Positions 13,611-26,026 of a stretch of 64,000 nucleotides of DNA are shown here, one piece after another. This DNA comes from Octopus sinensis. Its lineage: Eukaryota. The notes below the pieces were generated by a model, which ran no database searches, was not told where the DNA came from, and was given only the letters and a program-made list of their open reading frames with translations. Where the stretch lies: the NCBI RefSeq assembly GCF_006345805.1, contig NC_043001.1:2976001-3040000 (forward strand), given 5' to 3'. Made by a program: the position numbers and the translations under genes. The first letter of the stretch is position 1. Each line of letters opens with the position of its first letter.

Positions 13611-14037
13611 ATGAACGTCATAACACTATGATCAATCATTGTAATAATGGATCGTGATTTAGCTGCAATGCCAGGAACTTGGAGCGGATGAGATTTGGTC
13701 GATTGAGTCGATTACTTCATTGGTGCCTTATTTTATTAATCCGCCGCGGGAATAAAAGACAAAGCTGACCTCAGCGAATTTCGAACTCAGAACATCAAAA
13801 TTCGGGAAGCAATACAGCGAAGTAGCTATTCCAGCACCCTAAACATTCTGTGATTTGTTACCGTTTGAACGATCGCCATAATCATAAGGATCAATAAGAC
13901 AATAGCAGGGCAAGAACTCGGAAACTTAGTCTCAATTATACAGTTCTATGTTTGAGAGATGAGGAATTATGTACACTATTTACATTATTTACATTATTTA
14001 CATTTGACGGATATTTGTCCTCATCTTGTTTGTTGTT

Positions 14038-14083
14038 AACACAACGTTACGGCTGATAAACCCTGCAGCCTTTATCAGGTGTT
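14038..14083 (-). ncRNA. Hammerhead motif of the left arm, core-inactivated
   Basis: aacac-CTGATAA-a-ggctg/cagcc-GTAA-cgtt-gtgtt. G8A and A13U substitutions; stem I is perfect Watson-Crick. Confidence 0.6.
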
Positions 14084-14149
14084 TTGGGGAAATTTCGAAC
14101 CTGGGTTCTCATTCCTAAGGTATTTTTACCGATGTTGTTGTTGTTATTG

Positions 14150-14222
<73 letters not shown>

Positions 14223-14485
14223 TGTCAGTGCCTGGAATCGAACTCGGAATCTTGGGGTTGGTAGTCCACGCTCTTAACCACTATGCAATATGCCCGTAGT
14301 GGTTAAGAGCGCGGGTTACTAACCCAAGATTCCGAGTTCGATTCCAGGCACTGACATGAATAATAATAATAATAATAATATAATAATAATAATAATAATA
14401 ATAGTAATAATAATAACAGCAATAACAACAACAACATCGGTAAAAATACCTTAGGAATGAGAACCCAGGTTCGAAATTTCCCCAA

Positions 14486-14531
14486 GGCACCTGATGAAGG
14501 CTGGAGGGTTTATCAGCCGAAACGTTGTGTT
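14486..14531 (+). ncRNA. Minimal type I hammerhead ribozyme (Penelope-type), intact core
   Basis: ggcac-CTGATGA-a-ggctg/cagcc-GAAA-c-g-T-T-gtgtt. Stem I ggcac:gtgtt, stem II 5 bp, palindromic stem III ACGT, triplet GUU. Confidence 0.7.
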
Positions 14532-14599
14532 AACAACAAACAAGATGAGGACAAATATCCGTCAAATGTAAATAATGTAAATATTTAGTCATAATATGC

Positions 14600-15050
14600 A
14601 TAATAATTCTTTCTACTATAGACAAAAGGTTTGAAATTATGGGGGAGAGAGGGGAGTCGATTACATCGAGTACTACGATCAACTTGTGCTTATTTTTTCG
14701 ATCTCGGAAAGGGATGAAAGGCAAAGTCGATCTCGGTGGAATTTGAACTCAGAACGTAAAGACCGACGAAATGCCACTAGGTATTTTGCCTGGCTTGCTA
14801 ACGATTCCGCCAGCTCGCAAGCATTTTAATAACCATAATAATATTCCTTTCTACAAGGTCAGAAATTTTGCGGGCAGAGACCACTTGATTGCATCGACCC
14901 CAGTACACAACTGGTACTTATTTTATCGACTCCGAAAAGATGAAGGGTAAAGTCGATCTCGACGGAATTTGAACTCAGAACGTAGAGAGAGGGGAAAATG
15001 CCATTAAGCATTCTACCCGTTGGGCTTACAATTCTGCCAACTCGCCGCCT
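14600..15050 (-). mobile_element. Two tandem family A SINEs
   Basis: aaagtcgatctcg...gaatttgaactcagaacgt...gccagctcg occurs twice. Confidence 0.8.
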
Positions 15051-15609
15051 CTTTAATAATTACCATAATGGTAATATGAGAGTACGAACGATCCTTACAA
15101 TGTTAAGAAGAGTCAAATTATTATGGCCAATCTCAAAAATGACAACACTAAGGCTGATAAAGAACTCATTATAGCAAAAACAGCAGAAAAGAATACAGCA
15201 ATGGTAATGTTGATAACAATTTGTTAAGAGGAAGAGTAACAGAAGCAGTAATCCTAATGAAACGAAAGCTTGTAATAAATAGGAAGAGGAGTAGAGAGAG
15301 GAAAAAGGTGGGAAGAAATTGGGGAAATGGAGGGGGAGAGTAGGAGGAGGGGAAAGAGGTTTTGTCTTTTACTTGTTCCAGGTATTAGATTGCGGCCATG
15401 CGGGGGGCACCGCCTTGAGGGATTTTTAGTCGAATGAATTGCCACCAGTACTTCATTTTTTTTAAAAAAAAGACTTGTACTTTTAGTGTTTCTTGCCGAA
15501 GTAAAATGGAAAAGAAGAAGATGAAGAAAATACAATGCCAAAATTGAAAGGAAAGAGGAAGGAGAAGACCAGGGAGAGCAAGAGATAAGAAAATGGTTGA
15601 CATTGAAAC

Positions 15610-15945
15610 AAATGTAAGAGAAGATGAGTAGAAGAAGAAGGAGGAGGAGGAGGAGACGAAGGAGGAGAAGGAGAAAAAGAAGGAGGAGGAGGAGGAGACG
15701 AAGAAGAAGGAGGAGGAGAGAAGAAGGAGGGGGAGGAGGAGAGAAGAAGAAGAAGCAGAAGAAGAAGAAGAAGAAGCAGAAGAAGAAGAAGAAGAAGAAG
15801 CAGAAGAAGAAAGAAGAAGAAGCAGAAGAAGAAGAAGCAGAAGAAGAAGGAGGAGGAGAGAAGGAGGAGGGGGAGGAGAGAAGAAGCAGAAGAAGGAGGA
15901 GGAGGAGGAGAGAAGAAGAAGAAGAAGAAGAAGAAGAAGAAGAAA
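15610..15945. repeat. Polypurine (GAA/GGA/GCA) low-complexity tract
   Basis: Almost entirely purine on the + strand, with internal sub-duplications. Confidence 0.9.
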
Positions 15946-16432
15946 GCGTAAATTGGGAGCTGAAGAAGAAAAATAGAGAAAGAAGGAAAAGAGAAAAATG
16001 AAGAAGATAAAGAGGAAGGGAAGAATTTGAAAAAGGAAAATAAAATAAGGGGGAAAATGAAGAGAAAAAAAGCTGCTTAATGTGATATGGGAGGCATTAT
16101 TGTGGGTGGAATGGGGTGCAATCACCGTCGACAAATACGGAAACAACCTTTAAACAAACTCAAGTGGGATTAGATGAAGAAAATCAACATCAAGTATATA
16201 CGTTAATATAGAGAGATAATGATGGAAATTAATCAGACAATCGAAAACTTATATGATGCTAAGTACATAACGAATTAATGAAATGTTATGTAAGTAGATC
16301 GGAGAGGAGAGAGGAAGAGGGGGCAAGGGGAGAGGAAGGAAAGAAAGAGAGAAAGAAGAAGAAAAAGAAGAACCGAGTTGATTTCATTTAAGTGCGAATA
16401 AATTGGAAATTATATATATATATATTATATAT

Positions 16433-16476
<44 letters not shown>

Positions 16477-16727
16477 TACACACACATATATGTATGTATG
16501 TATACACACACATTTAGAATACGATGGGAATGTATTTTTATGCAAAAATCTACCTAAGAGCCCCATAAACGAAAGTTAAGAGCAATATATATTAATTGTT
16601 TCAATATATATTAATATAATGTTAAGTAGACTAAATTAAATAAAAACAACTTACTTTATTCTAAAGTATATGGCTCCAATTGTTTATAATTCAATTACTC
16701 TCTACATAACAGTTATATATATATATG

Positions 16728-16766
<39 letters not shown>

Positions 16767-16797
16767 CATATATATATATATACACATATATATATAG

Positions 16798-17010
16798 TTA
16801 ATCCAAACAAGAAAACACAAAAAGACACAGCAACGCGAGGACGTGGAACAAATAAAGTATTATTAGACGCTCGGGAAAGAAGGGAAGAAGGAGGGTTTAA
16901 CGTTTCGAGCGGAGCTCTTCGTCAGAAACAAAGGAGAAGGAAAGATCCCGAGAAGGGAAGACAGAGGAAAAAAAATTGCTGGCGGTGGTCACGAGGTCAC
17001 ATGTTGAACG
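16798..17010 (-). mobile_element. Penelope-terminus-like fragment between (TA)n tracts
   Basis: Homologous to 55440-55625 (opposite strand). Contains a hammerhead motif and is flanked by TA repeats on both sides. Confidence 0.7.
16895..16929 (-). ncRNA. Minimal hammerhead ribozyme, intact core
   Basis: Reverse complement reads gttt-CTGACGA-a-gagc-tcc-gctc-GAAA-cgT-T-aaac. Stems I and II are 4 bp each, with palindromic stem III ACGT. Confidence 0.7.
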
Positions 17011-17013
17011 ATA

Positions 17014-17054
<41 letters not shown>

Positions 17055-17149
17055 CACATACATAGATATATACATACGTATAAAGACTCGGAAATAGCTT
17101 GCTTGTACAAGTGTAGTCAGTCGAAAATACTGCCTATATGACGTCAATA

Positions 17150-17900
17150 GGTTTCCGGAGTTATCAGAAGAGAATATGCTCCGTTTGGGGGCGTTCCTGT
17201 TGACCGCTTTACCATGCATTGGCTCCACTCACTGATTTGAAACCCATTTCAGGATCATCCCCTTTCCAGCCAGGTTTCATAATTCCTTTTTATCCGTAGA
17301 CAATGACGAGTACTCTCAATTGCCATCCGGATCTCTTTCAAAATGGTATTTGCTTACCGATGTTTGACGCCAATTGATAGCATCTACTGTCTTTGTTTGG
17401 TCCCAATAAAACCCCCACATCCAACTTCTATAGAAGAGTGCACTGCACTCCAACCAGCATCCTTACAGTCTTCCAGTAGCATCTCATAACCTTGGTCTTT
17501 ACTAATCTGTGCTGCATCTATTTTGTCTTTAATTCAGCAAGGTGTGTCATCTTATGTTCCTCTCGCCATATTGTCATATCCAGCTTCTTCTTTGTCGGTA
17601 TTACAAAGAGGCATTCACACCCTACAAGCTCTGCTGCTAATTCCAAAACTCCATTTCAGTTCTCGTCGTTAAAAGCATTTTTTCCTTCAGTTTTGAGTAA
17701 CCATCTAGGCCTCGCGGAACGTTTGTACGTTTGTGTTTCTGAATTTCTAAAGGAAAGAAAAGTGTTCGATGAAGACAAAGATTGTGTGTTTGGCATTAGA
17801 AATATCTGAAATGGTTTCCCTGAGTTTAACGTTGCCGCTTATTCAAACAAACGTGGCAAAGAAGAAGCATATTAAGTTGTTTTAACTTCAAAAGTTACAA
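17150..17900 (-). pseudogene. Decayed RLE-type non-LTR retroelement fragments
   Basis: Translation YEMLLEDCKDAGWSAVHSSIEVGCGGFIG (~17405-17490) resembles the RLE C-terminal EVG motif. The adjacent segment is less certain. Confidence 0.45.
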
Positions 17901-18329
17901 AATATGTAGTACATTTATTTATATTCTTCTGTTCAGTTGTCATACGTGGAACAGGATATTTTCACCTATTCAGATGTAAAACATGACATTTCCATGTCTC
18001 AATGTAAATTATCAACCATAAATGAAAGAAAGGAAGATGGCTAATGAGCATTCAGCGATACAAATAATTGGGACACGCTGACGTTCTGCTGTCCCTATAT
18101 GAATATATTTCAAGCTTTAGCGAATCGGTATGTTGAAATTAACCTTCTTTTGCCAGTTGGTAGCTGGAAGTTTCTTTTAATAAACATCGAAGACTGCATC
18201 GGTAGGAATTTATTTATCACGATTTTGTTTTTCAAAATAGCAAAAAAAAAATAAATAATAATAATAAAGATGGGATATTAAACTTCTTTGAGAGACACAG
18301 ACTTCATCATCCAGAGTGTAAAGAATCAT

Positions 18330-18724
18330 GCGCTGTGGTAAGTAGCTTGCTAACCAACCACATGGTTCCGGGTTCAGTCCCACTGCGTGGCATCTTGGGC
18401 AAGTGCCTTCTGCTATAGCCCCGGGCCGACCAATGCCTTGTGAGTGGATTTGGTAGACGGAAACTGAAAAAAGCCTGTCGTATATATGTATATATATATA
18501 TAAGTGTGTGTGTATGTTTGTGTGTCTGTGTTTGTCCCCCTAGAATTGCTTGACAACCGATGCTGGTGTGTTTATGTCCCCGTCACTTAGCGGTTCGGCA
18601 AAAGAGACCGATAAATAAGTACTGGGCTTACAAAGAATAAGTCCCGGGGTCGATTTGCTCGACTAAAGGCGGTGCTCCAGCATGGCCACAGTCAAATGAC
18701 TGAAACAAGTAAAAGAGTAAAGAG
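18330..18724 (+). mobile_element. Family B SINE, near full length
   Basis: gtggtaagtagcttgctaaccaaccacatggttccgggttcagtccc...aaacaagtaaaagag. Serves as the uninterrupted reference for the split copy at 59606/61895. Confidence 0.9.
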
Positions 18725-18789
18725 AATCGGTTTTATAATTGTTGCCATTATTAACTTTCATGTTCCAGATTTATTTAGACGGTAAGTCT

Positions 18790-19620
18790 GTGAGACGTCT
18801 TCTTTGTATCTTGATGCGCGCATATGTTGCCAATATACTTTTACGGATTGTATGTTACTTTTTGCAGCAGAGAGGATAACGCAGTGCTTTAATAGTTCTT
18901 TAAATGCTATTCAAGAAGCAGGTATTAGGGCTTTTACAGCTACATAGAAAAGAGGTTTTAAGATTCTTACTGGAAAGCTTCCTTTTGTATGTATAGTAGA
19001 AGGGTTGTTCTTGGTGCATCTGTGAGTTACGCTATTTTTCTCATGGCATCTAATGAGTATGGAGAAATGTTTCTTTACAATGTTGTATAAAATCTTGGAG
19101 ATTTTAGAACGAACATTTAATCTATATTGAGGATTATACCACAATATATCATGCAATTTCTAGACTAGCTTCTATTTTTTTATTTAATGTAGAATATATC
19201 TGAAGCCGCGCTTTCAGGGTATCAATATAATTAATGGATTCCTCCTTATAGGCTGGGAGTACTTTTGCTCACAATGAAACAGAAACCCGTAACCACGTAT
19301 CTAGATTGTGGAAGAGAACATCCAGTGCCTTTCTATAACTATGGAGGTATACAAATGTATACAAATTCTTAAATGCTTATATTAACCTTTACCTGTCAAT
19401 CACAAAGTGTACTCCCATACAGGCCTACAATTGTATTTGTAGAGGTGAGCATCAGGAATCTGGAAGACAAGATTTGTTCAAACGATTATGGAGAAACTAC
19501 TTCCCAAGCTCAAGTGTTTGTGAATACATACATCAAAATGCAACAAAGTCTACATGGGTATATAAGACCTCTAATGAAGATAATTCTATGTGAATACATA
19601 TAAAACGATACATGAGAGTA
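18790..19620 (-). pseudogene. Decayed Penelope-like element (RT C-terminus, WxNP linker, GIY-YIG)
   Basis: HDILWYNPQYRLNVRSKISKILYNIVKKHF resembles the PLE WFNPPYS.NV...KHF linker. A KYIG motif follows downstream at ~18830-18845. Confidence 0.6.
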
Positions 19621-19898
19621 AAAATCGATATGGTAAAATAACCAAATATCGCAAACATTTATGGCAAAATGTTCTTCAAATTATTACACCGCAAATATCG
19701 ACGGGAGTGACGCCAAAATCATAAAACATCCCATGCTACAAAGAGCGGTTCCCCGCAAATCATGGCTGCGTCTAAACTAAGGAAATTTAAAATACACAAC
19801 AACCAAAACTTAACTAATTGCAACTGCACTAACTACAATGCCCACCCTTTCCAAGGAAACACTATTGTATTCTGCTGCTGCTGCTAAAACTAAATCCT

Positions 19899-20355
19899 GA
19901 TTAAACTAAAGTATTTGACCCGAGCAAAAATGAACAAGTGAAAAAAATAGTGTAATAGGTTTAAAACAACTTGCAATAAGCGAATATGAAAAAAATGTAC
20001 GCGCGCGAACGGGGGATGGGGGATGGGACGCGGAAAGTCCACAACGTCAGACCATGACCTTTAAACTCTAGTGTTTGACCAGAGCAAAAAAAATTTAATT
20101 GTGTAATAGGTGTACAACAACATATCCTTTAAACTCCAGTGTTTGCCCAAGATGCCATGCAATGGGACTGTACCCTGAAAAGCCTTTATGGGAGGACACT
20201 TTGTGATTGTCATGTGCACTTTCCGAGTCCTCTCCCCCACCCCTCCCGCTCGCGAGCGCGCATTGTTTTTTCATATCGTTTACTACATGTTTTACACCTA
20301 TTACACTTTGTTTTTCTTTGTTTTTTGTGCTCTCGTCAAACCCTTTAGTTTGACC
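19899..20355. mobile_element. MULE-type MITE: long diverged TIRs (~150 bp) and 9-bp TSD
   Basis: Direct repeat ctaaatcct at 19890-19898 and 20356-20364. 19899-20050 is an imperfect reverse complement of 20200-20355. A partial third TIR copy lies at ~20070-20125. Confidence 0.7.
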
Positions 20356-20481
20356 CTAAATCCTTTTTGCTACACTGGATTAACTGACCAATCTGTAAAC
20401 AAGTGATATTTCCAAAACAGAACAGAAATCCCTTAAACATTAAATAATTTATTTTTACAAATCGGATTATCCGTTGGATGA

Positions 20482-20517
<36 letters not shown>

Positions 20518-20539
20518 CTATGTTTGCCCCTTACCAATT

Positions 20540-20769
20540 TCTTTACTACCCACATTGGGCTAAACACAGAGGGGACAAACAAGGACAGACAAACGGATTA
20601 AGTCGATTACATCGACCCCAGTGCGTAACTGGTACTTAATTTATCGACGCCGAAAGGATGAAAAGCAAAGTCGACCTCGGCGTAATTTGAACTCAGAACG
20701 TAACGGCAGACGAAATACGGCTACGCATTTCGCCCGGCGTGCTAACCACTCTGCCAGCTCCTCGCCGCC
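20540..20769 (-). mobile_element. Family A SINE
   Basis: Near-identical to 662-893. Confidence 0.9.
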
Positions 20770-21118
20770 TTATTTGTGTAATATTATCGTGGGTCTGAAA
20801 CACGGTGTTAGACGCATTTTTCATGGCTGTTTTCTCGCTTCTGTCGTTACTACTAAACTGTTATGTTCTTACTCATCATATTTTCTGCATTTATTAAGAA
20901 ATATCCCCATAGATATTATATTTTAGACTATTATATTATATTATGTCCTATTATTTCCTATTATATCATATTATGCTACATTATGTCCTATTACGCGATT
21001 TTACTACTCTGTACTCCTCTTAACGTTAGCATAATTCTCCCTGGATGCATTTTTCATTCACAGTTAAAAGCCATAGCAGGAACTACAACAACACGTTCTA
21101 CTCTCTTCCAGTAACAAT

Positions 21119-23350
21119 TACCTTAACACCTTACCGATAATCAATTTACCGAAACTAAATTTCAATCAAATATTTATTAATAAACGCAACCCACTATCAA
21201 TCTAATTAAATATATATCATTCAAACCTATATTTTATGTTTAAGCCAAATATAATTCTTAATCCTATCGAAAGCCCACGATTTTAGAACCAGAAAATAGA
21301 TTAATATATCTACCAATTGAGTTAGTTTCTTATATAAGCTTTTGTTATCAAAACTCGGTCATTGACATTACCAACTTTAAGTTTATAAGATTCTTAAAAT
21401 TTTAAAGCGACAAGTTGAATATACCTTGAGGAGACCGTTCCAGCTTTCTGTGCTCGGAATTCATGTTGTGATGAGGTCAACTTACTTGTTCATTCCTTCT
21501 GGACCAATAAAATGAAGTGCCAACTAGTGCAGAGTTAATTTGATTGACTAAAATCTCCCTCAAATTTCTGCACCTGTGCCCACAACTACGCACTTATCCA
21601 CTAGAACAGACCTAAAGTAGTCCCACCCTATTTAAATTTTTGAAATAAGCTAATGACATTAATACATTATTTCCAACTCTACCTAATATTCCGCAACATT
21701 ATGAATTCACCATTCTGCTGACACTATACTTGGCATTTTTCTTCATACAACCATTTCCTCTTCTCTTTTCCTCTTCCTCTTTTGTCTCTTCTTTTTCCTT
21801 CCTTGCTCTCACTCTAAAAGTCCACTTTCTTTACTCTCTCAAGTTCAACCCAACTCACTTTCAAAAGTTCCTTTTGCAGTGAGAAGTTACCAAAGAATTC
21901 AGTGGTTCATACACCAAAACTGTTATCTGCTACCAATTCAAGAACTAATCTCTTCAAAGTTACTTCGACTTGCTGTTATTGATCTTACTATAAATACATC
22001 TGGAATACTCACCATTTACTTTCTCATTTATGTTGACAAACCCAACCATTCCAGCAGCCATATTATCACTGTTTGTAACGCCCACACCCTGAGCTTCTTT
22101 CTGACTTCCTTGGCACATGTTTATTACTATTTATATCTTTTCTAAGACATTTACATTCAAGACATATAACTGGCCCTAAACCCCTTCTATTCTTTCTCAT
22201 CTGCACCCTCTTGTCTTGTCATTAGAAATATGAAATCCTTCTCCACCTCCATCCCTGCCATGATGATGCATCAGCTTTAAAACGCATCCTGGACTGTCGC
22301 TCCCATCTCATCTCCATTACTGCCATCCTCTTGTGTCGAGATGAACTTCACTATGCACCTGACAATCTCTTATCTCTTTGTAAGATATATGGACGCAAAC
22401 ATTTTCACCCCCATTTTGCTGTGCTCCAACCCAGAGCGGTACACTAGTTATATATTGACAACTACCTTAGTGTCACTTCTCTCACCAGACTCAGTTCTGT
22501 TGCCAAAATCGATTACTGACACAACCAACTCTGAAATAGATATTTTCCATTTATTTATTTACTTCGTTTCTCCAATCCATTAATGGTGTGACCGACATTT
22601 TCTCCATTAAGAACGCTCTACCATTTTTGACATCTACTTAACTTCTTCAAGTACTAGCAGTTCTTCTTGGCTCTTTTCTCCCTAAATCTTTGATCTAATT
22701 ATTACATTTTACACTGTGCCGTAATCTCCAAAACCCAGAATTATTTATGGCACTCACCCAACGATGTTATTTCCCATTAAATAACTCTTAAAACCCCTCT
22801 ATAGCAGTTAGAAAGTCATAGGAACTTCCTCTTTTATTTCTAAGAAACTAAATCAAATATCTATGGTAACATCAGATCATTTCACCAGACCTTTTTTCGG
22901 AATCTAATTTCAATATTCTTGTATTCTAATAACTGCCCATAACTAACATTAACTAAATACATAAAATCTTATCCGTATATATTTTGTCAAAAATTTCATG
23001 ATTTTTGTTCTTATAAAAATCGATCCGAAAACTACATCTTGCAGATACACATGTCTTAATACTTTCTAACATTACCTATATTTTATACATTCCATTTCTT
23101 ATTTTGCTTCTTCAATAACAAGACCATTTCTGCGTAGATAAATTCAAATTTATCATATGGTACACATAATTATCTTCAACTAGTAGACACTATTTTTGTC
23201 ATTTCTTCCATTTTTTTTATCCCTTCCCAGACTGGTTCGTAAATATCACATTAGCTTCAACTAATAAACCAATGGTTTCAAATCATTATAACACTCATAT
23301 ACTCAAAGCAAATCATTTGTCATTTCTCTCTATCCGTTCAAAAAAGCCTG
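21119..23350 (-). pseudogene. Very decayed L1-like ORF2 remnants (mosaic)
   Basis: Fragments such as SPQGIFNLSL...FSGSKI at 21119-21440 resemble L1 RT motifs. Many stops; boundaries approximate. Confidence 0.35.
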
Positions 23351-23374
23351 GCTTTCAGTAAAATGCCATCGCTG

Positions 23375-23406
<32 letters not shown>

Positions 23407-23449
23407 TGTATGTATGTAGATAATATATATATGTATGTATAGTATGTAG

Positions 23450-23499
<50 letters not shown>

Positions 23500-24302
23500 A
23501 ATATAAAGTAAAAAGTTAGAGTCAAAAGGAAGAGTAAGTACAATTAGACAGCATTTTAATCACTACAAATATTTCGATGTTTCGATACACACAGATCCAT
23601 GTATATACCTTATTCAAAGTTGATTTTAAATTCAAATGAAATTATTTAACGAATTACCTGTATAAGAAGATCTGTATGTATCTCCTCCTCATGCAATATT
23701 CAATTGCTGTCTCCGTAAGTAAATCTAGATTTCCATGCTGCAACATCCATGGCTCCTTCTTTGAAACCAACTAACGCTGACGGATTCAATTTTATTTTCA
23801 CACACGAGAAATACCTAAAACTAGAATTGGTAGCATACCATACGAATACTACCGGATATTTGGGAATTCTAAGGGAGAACAAGTTCTGTTTGTACTTTAA
23901 TACGTTCTTAACAGAACGCACATCAAATATATTGAATTTGAAAAAGTATGATGTATAACAAAGAGACACGTGTTAATCGTCTCTTAATTATATATTATTG
24001 TTATGGCGCGGTCACTGATGAAATATTTCGCCTAGCAAATTATTTTATTTGCTAAAAAATTTAGAAACCTACATCTGACCGAAATGAAATAACAAGGTAA
24101 AAGTTTTTATTTTTCATTCCTTTTGAAGATTGCTCTTAAATATGGCTTTGGTCGTTTTGACTACTTCTTCTAGCGTGTAAAAAATACCTGTTGAAAGCAA
24201 TTTTCTCTTGTGTTTAAATGAACACTATTTTATATTTGAGTATATATATATATATATATTGGATTGGCAACTATGTTCCCGCAGCTTTTTAAAATTTTGG
24301 AA

Positions 24303-24680
24303 GGCGCAGGAGTGGCTGTGTGGTAAGTAGCTTGCTTATGAACCACATGGTTCTGGGTTTAGTCCCACTGCGTGGCACCTTGGGCAAGTGTCTTCTACTA
24401 TAGCCTCGGGCCGACCAAAGCCTCGTGAGTGGATTTGGTAGACGGAAACTGACAGAAGCCCGTCGTATATATGTATATATGTGTGTGTTTGTCACCCCAA
24501 CATCGCTTGACAACCGATGCTGGTGTGATTGCATCTCCGTAACCTAGCGGTTCGGCAAAAGAGACCGATAGAATAAGTACTAGGCTTACAAAGAATAAGT
24601 CCTGGGATCGATTTGTTCGACTAAAGGCGGTGCTTCAGCATGGCCGCAGTCAAATGACTGAAACAAGTAAAAGAGTAAAA
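24303..24680 (+). mobile_element. Family B SINE inserted in the mariner 5' region
   Basis: Full head-to-tail match to 18330-18724. Confidence 0.9.
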
Positions 24681-24789
24681 GTGTAATCTATATTTTTCGA
24701 GAATTCTATTTTTGAATCATTTTGGAATCTATTTTGCTTTTTTCTCTAGTTAATTTTAGTTAATTTTTGTTTATTTTCAGATCATTAAA

Positions 24790-25800
24790 ATGGAATGTCA
24801 AGTTAAGAAAAACGAGCATTTTCGACTGCGCTTTCTTTTTGCTTTTAATCAAGGTTCTAAGGCCGCAAAAGCTGCCTTTTGTACTGTATATGGAGAGGGT
24901 ACCATAGCTGAAAGAACCGCTCGTGATTGGTATGCGAAGTTAAAAAATGGAAATTTTGAACTCAAAGACGCACCTCGTTCTGGCTGTCCAGTTGAGTTCG
25001 ATTAAGAGCGATTAAACCAGCTTTTGCACGAAAATTCTCGTCCAACGACTAGCGGACTTGCAGAGAAAATGGAATGCTCCCACACTGCTATAGAGAAGGA
25101 TCTTTACACGATGGGAAAAGCTCAGAAGTATGGAGCATGGATTCCGCATGCTTTAAATGACAATGAGCCACAATCTCCGTTGGTTTGCTTACACATCACC
25201 GCTTAACTCATGGACACAAGCAACGATTTCTTTACCGAATCGTTACTGGCAACGAAAAATGGTGCCTGTACATCAATATGAAGCAGCGTAAGGAATGGCT
25301 TAGCCTCGGTAAAGAAGCGACACTGCGCGTGAAACAAGATCTTCATCCGCGTAAAACGATGTTCTGCGTATGGTGGGACTGCGAAAGGATTATCCATTAT
25401 GAATTGCTTGAATGGAACCAAACGGTCAACGCGGAACTCTATGTTCAACGGATGGAACGACTCGACATGGCTATTCAAGAGAAAAGACCTAATCGGCAGC
25501 ATGGAGTTCTTCTGCTGCACGACAACGCCTGACCTCATATCACCAATATGACCAAGGAAGCAATTCAAATGCTTGGCTGAGAAGTGCTGCCACAGCCGCT
25601 GTACTTTCCTGATTTGGCACCAACGAATTTCCACCTCTTTCGATCTCTTTCAAATGCTTTGCCCGGAGTTTCGTTCAATACTGATGCAGAATTGAGAGCT
25701 TGGCTGGATCAATTCTTCGAGTCGGAATCGGGTGATTTCTACAACGGGGTATTGAGAATCTTATTGAGCATTGAGAAGATGTTGTAAACAACAAGGGTGA
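24790..25800 (+). pseudogene. Mariner transposase pseudogene
   Basis: WIPHAL (WVPHEL-like), IVTGNEKW, LLLHDNA*PH and YFPDLAPTNFHLF (YSPDLAP-like). Broken by stops and frameshifts into four ORFs. Confidence 0.9.
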
Positions 25801-25988
25801 ATAGTTGTTATTAATCAATAACAACTAATTGATTAATTAGTTGTTATTTTTTATTAAACCTTTTAAAAAAATTAAATTTTAAAAACGGCGGGATCTTAGT
25901 TGCCAACCCAATATATATTTGTATGTATGTATTTATACTATGTTGATAATACACACACACACACACACACAGACAGACAGACAGACAG

Positions 25989-26026
<38 letters not shown>

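Larger units (their letters stand above)
13977..14583. mobile_element. Head-to-head inverted pair of elements: tRNA-like head + (AAT/AAC)n + Penelope-type tail with hammerhead motif
   Basis: Left arm ~13977-14284 is a near-identical reverse complement of right arm ~14296-14583. A-box-like gtagtggttaag and B-box-like gagttcgattcc lie at the centre on both strands. Confidence 0.85.
24259..25911 (+). mobile_element. Tc1/mariner (mariner, D,D34D-type) DNA transposon with nested SINE
   Basis: TIRs ttggattggcaactatgttcccgc / gcgggatcttagttgccaacccaa, with TA on both sides (24257-58 and 25912-13). Confidence 0.9.

Noticed and set aside
14284-14358. Possible tRNA gene
   Set aside because: A/B-box-like motifs are present, but the anticodon arm differs between the two arms and pairs poorly, and the acceptor stem is not formed. 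Treated as a SINE head.
15385-16146. 253-aa and 125-aa ORFs
   Set aside because: Translations of a polypurine simple-repeat tract.
23572-23620. Hammerhead-like motif on the minus strand (ttgaataa...gaaacatc)
   Set aside because: Stem II is plausible, but the core spacing, stem III and stem I do not fit. At most a relic.
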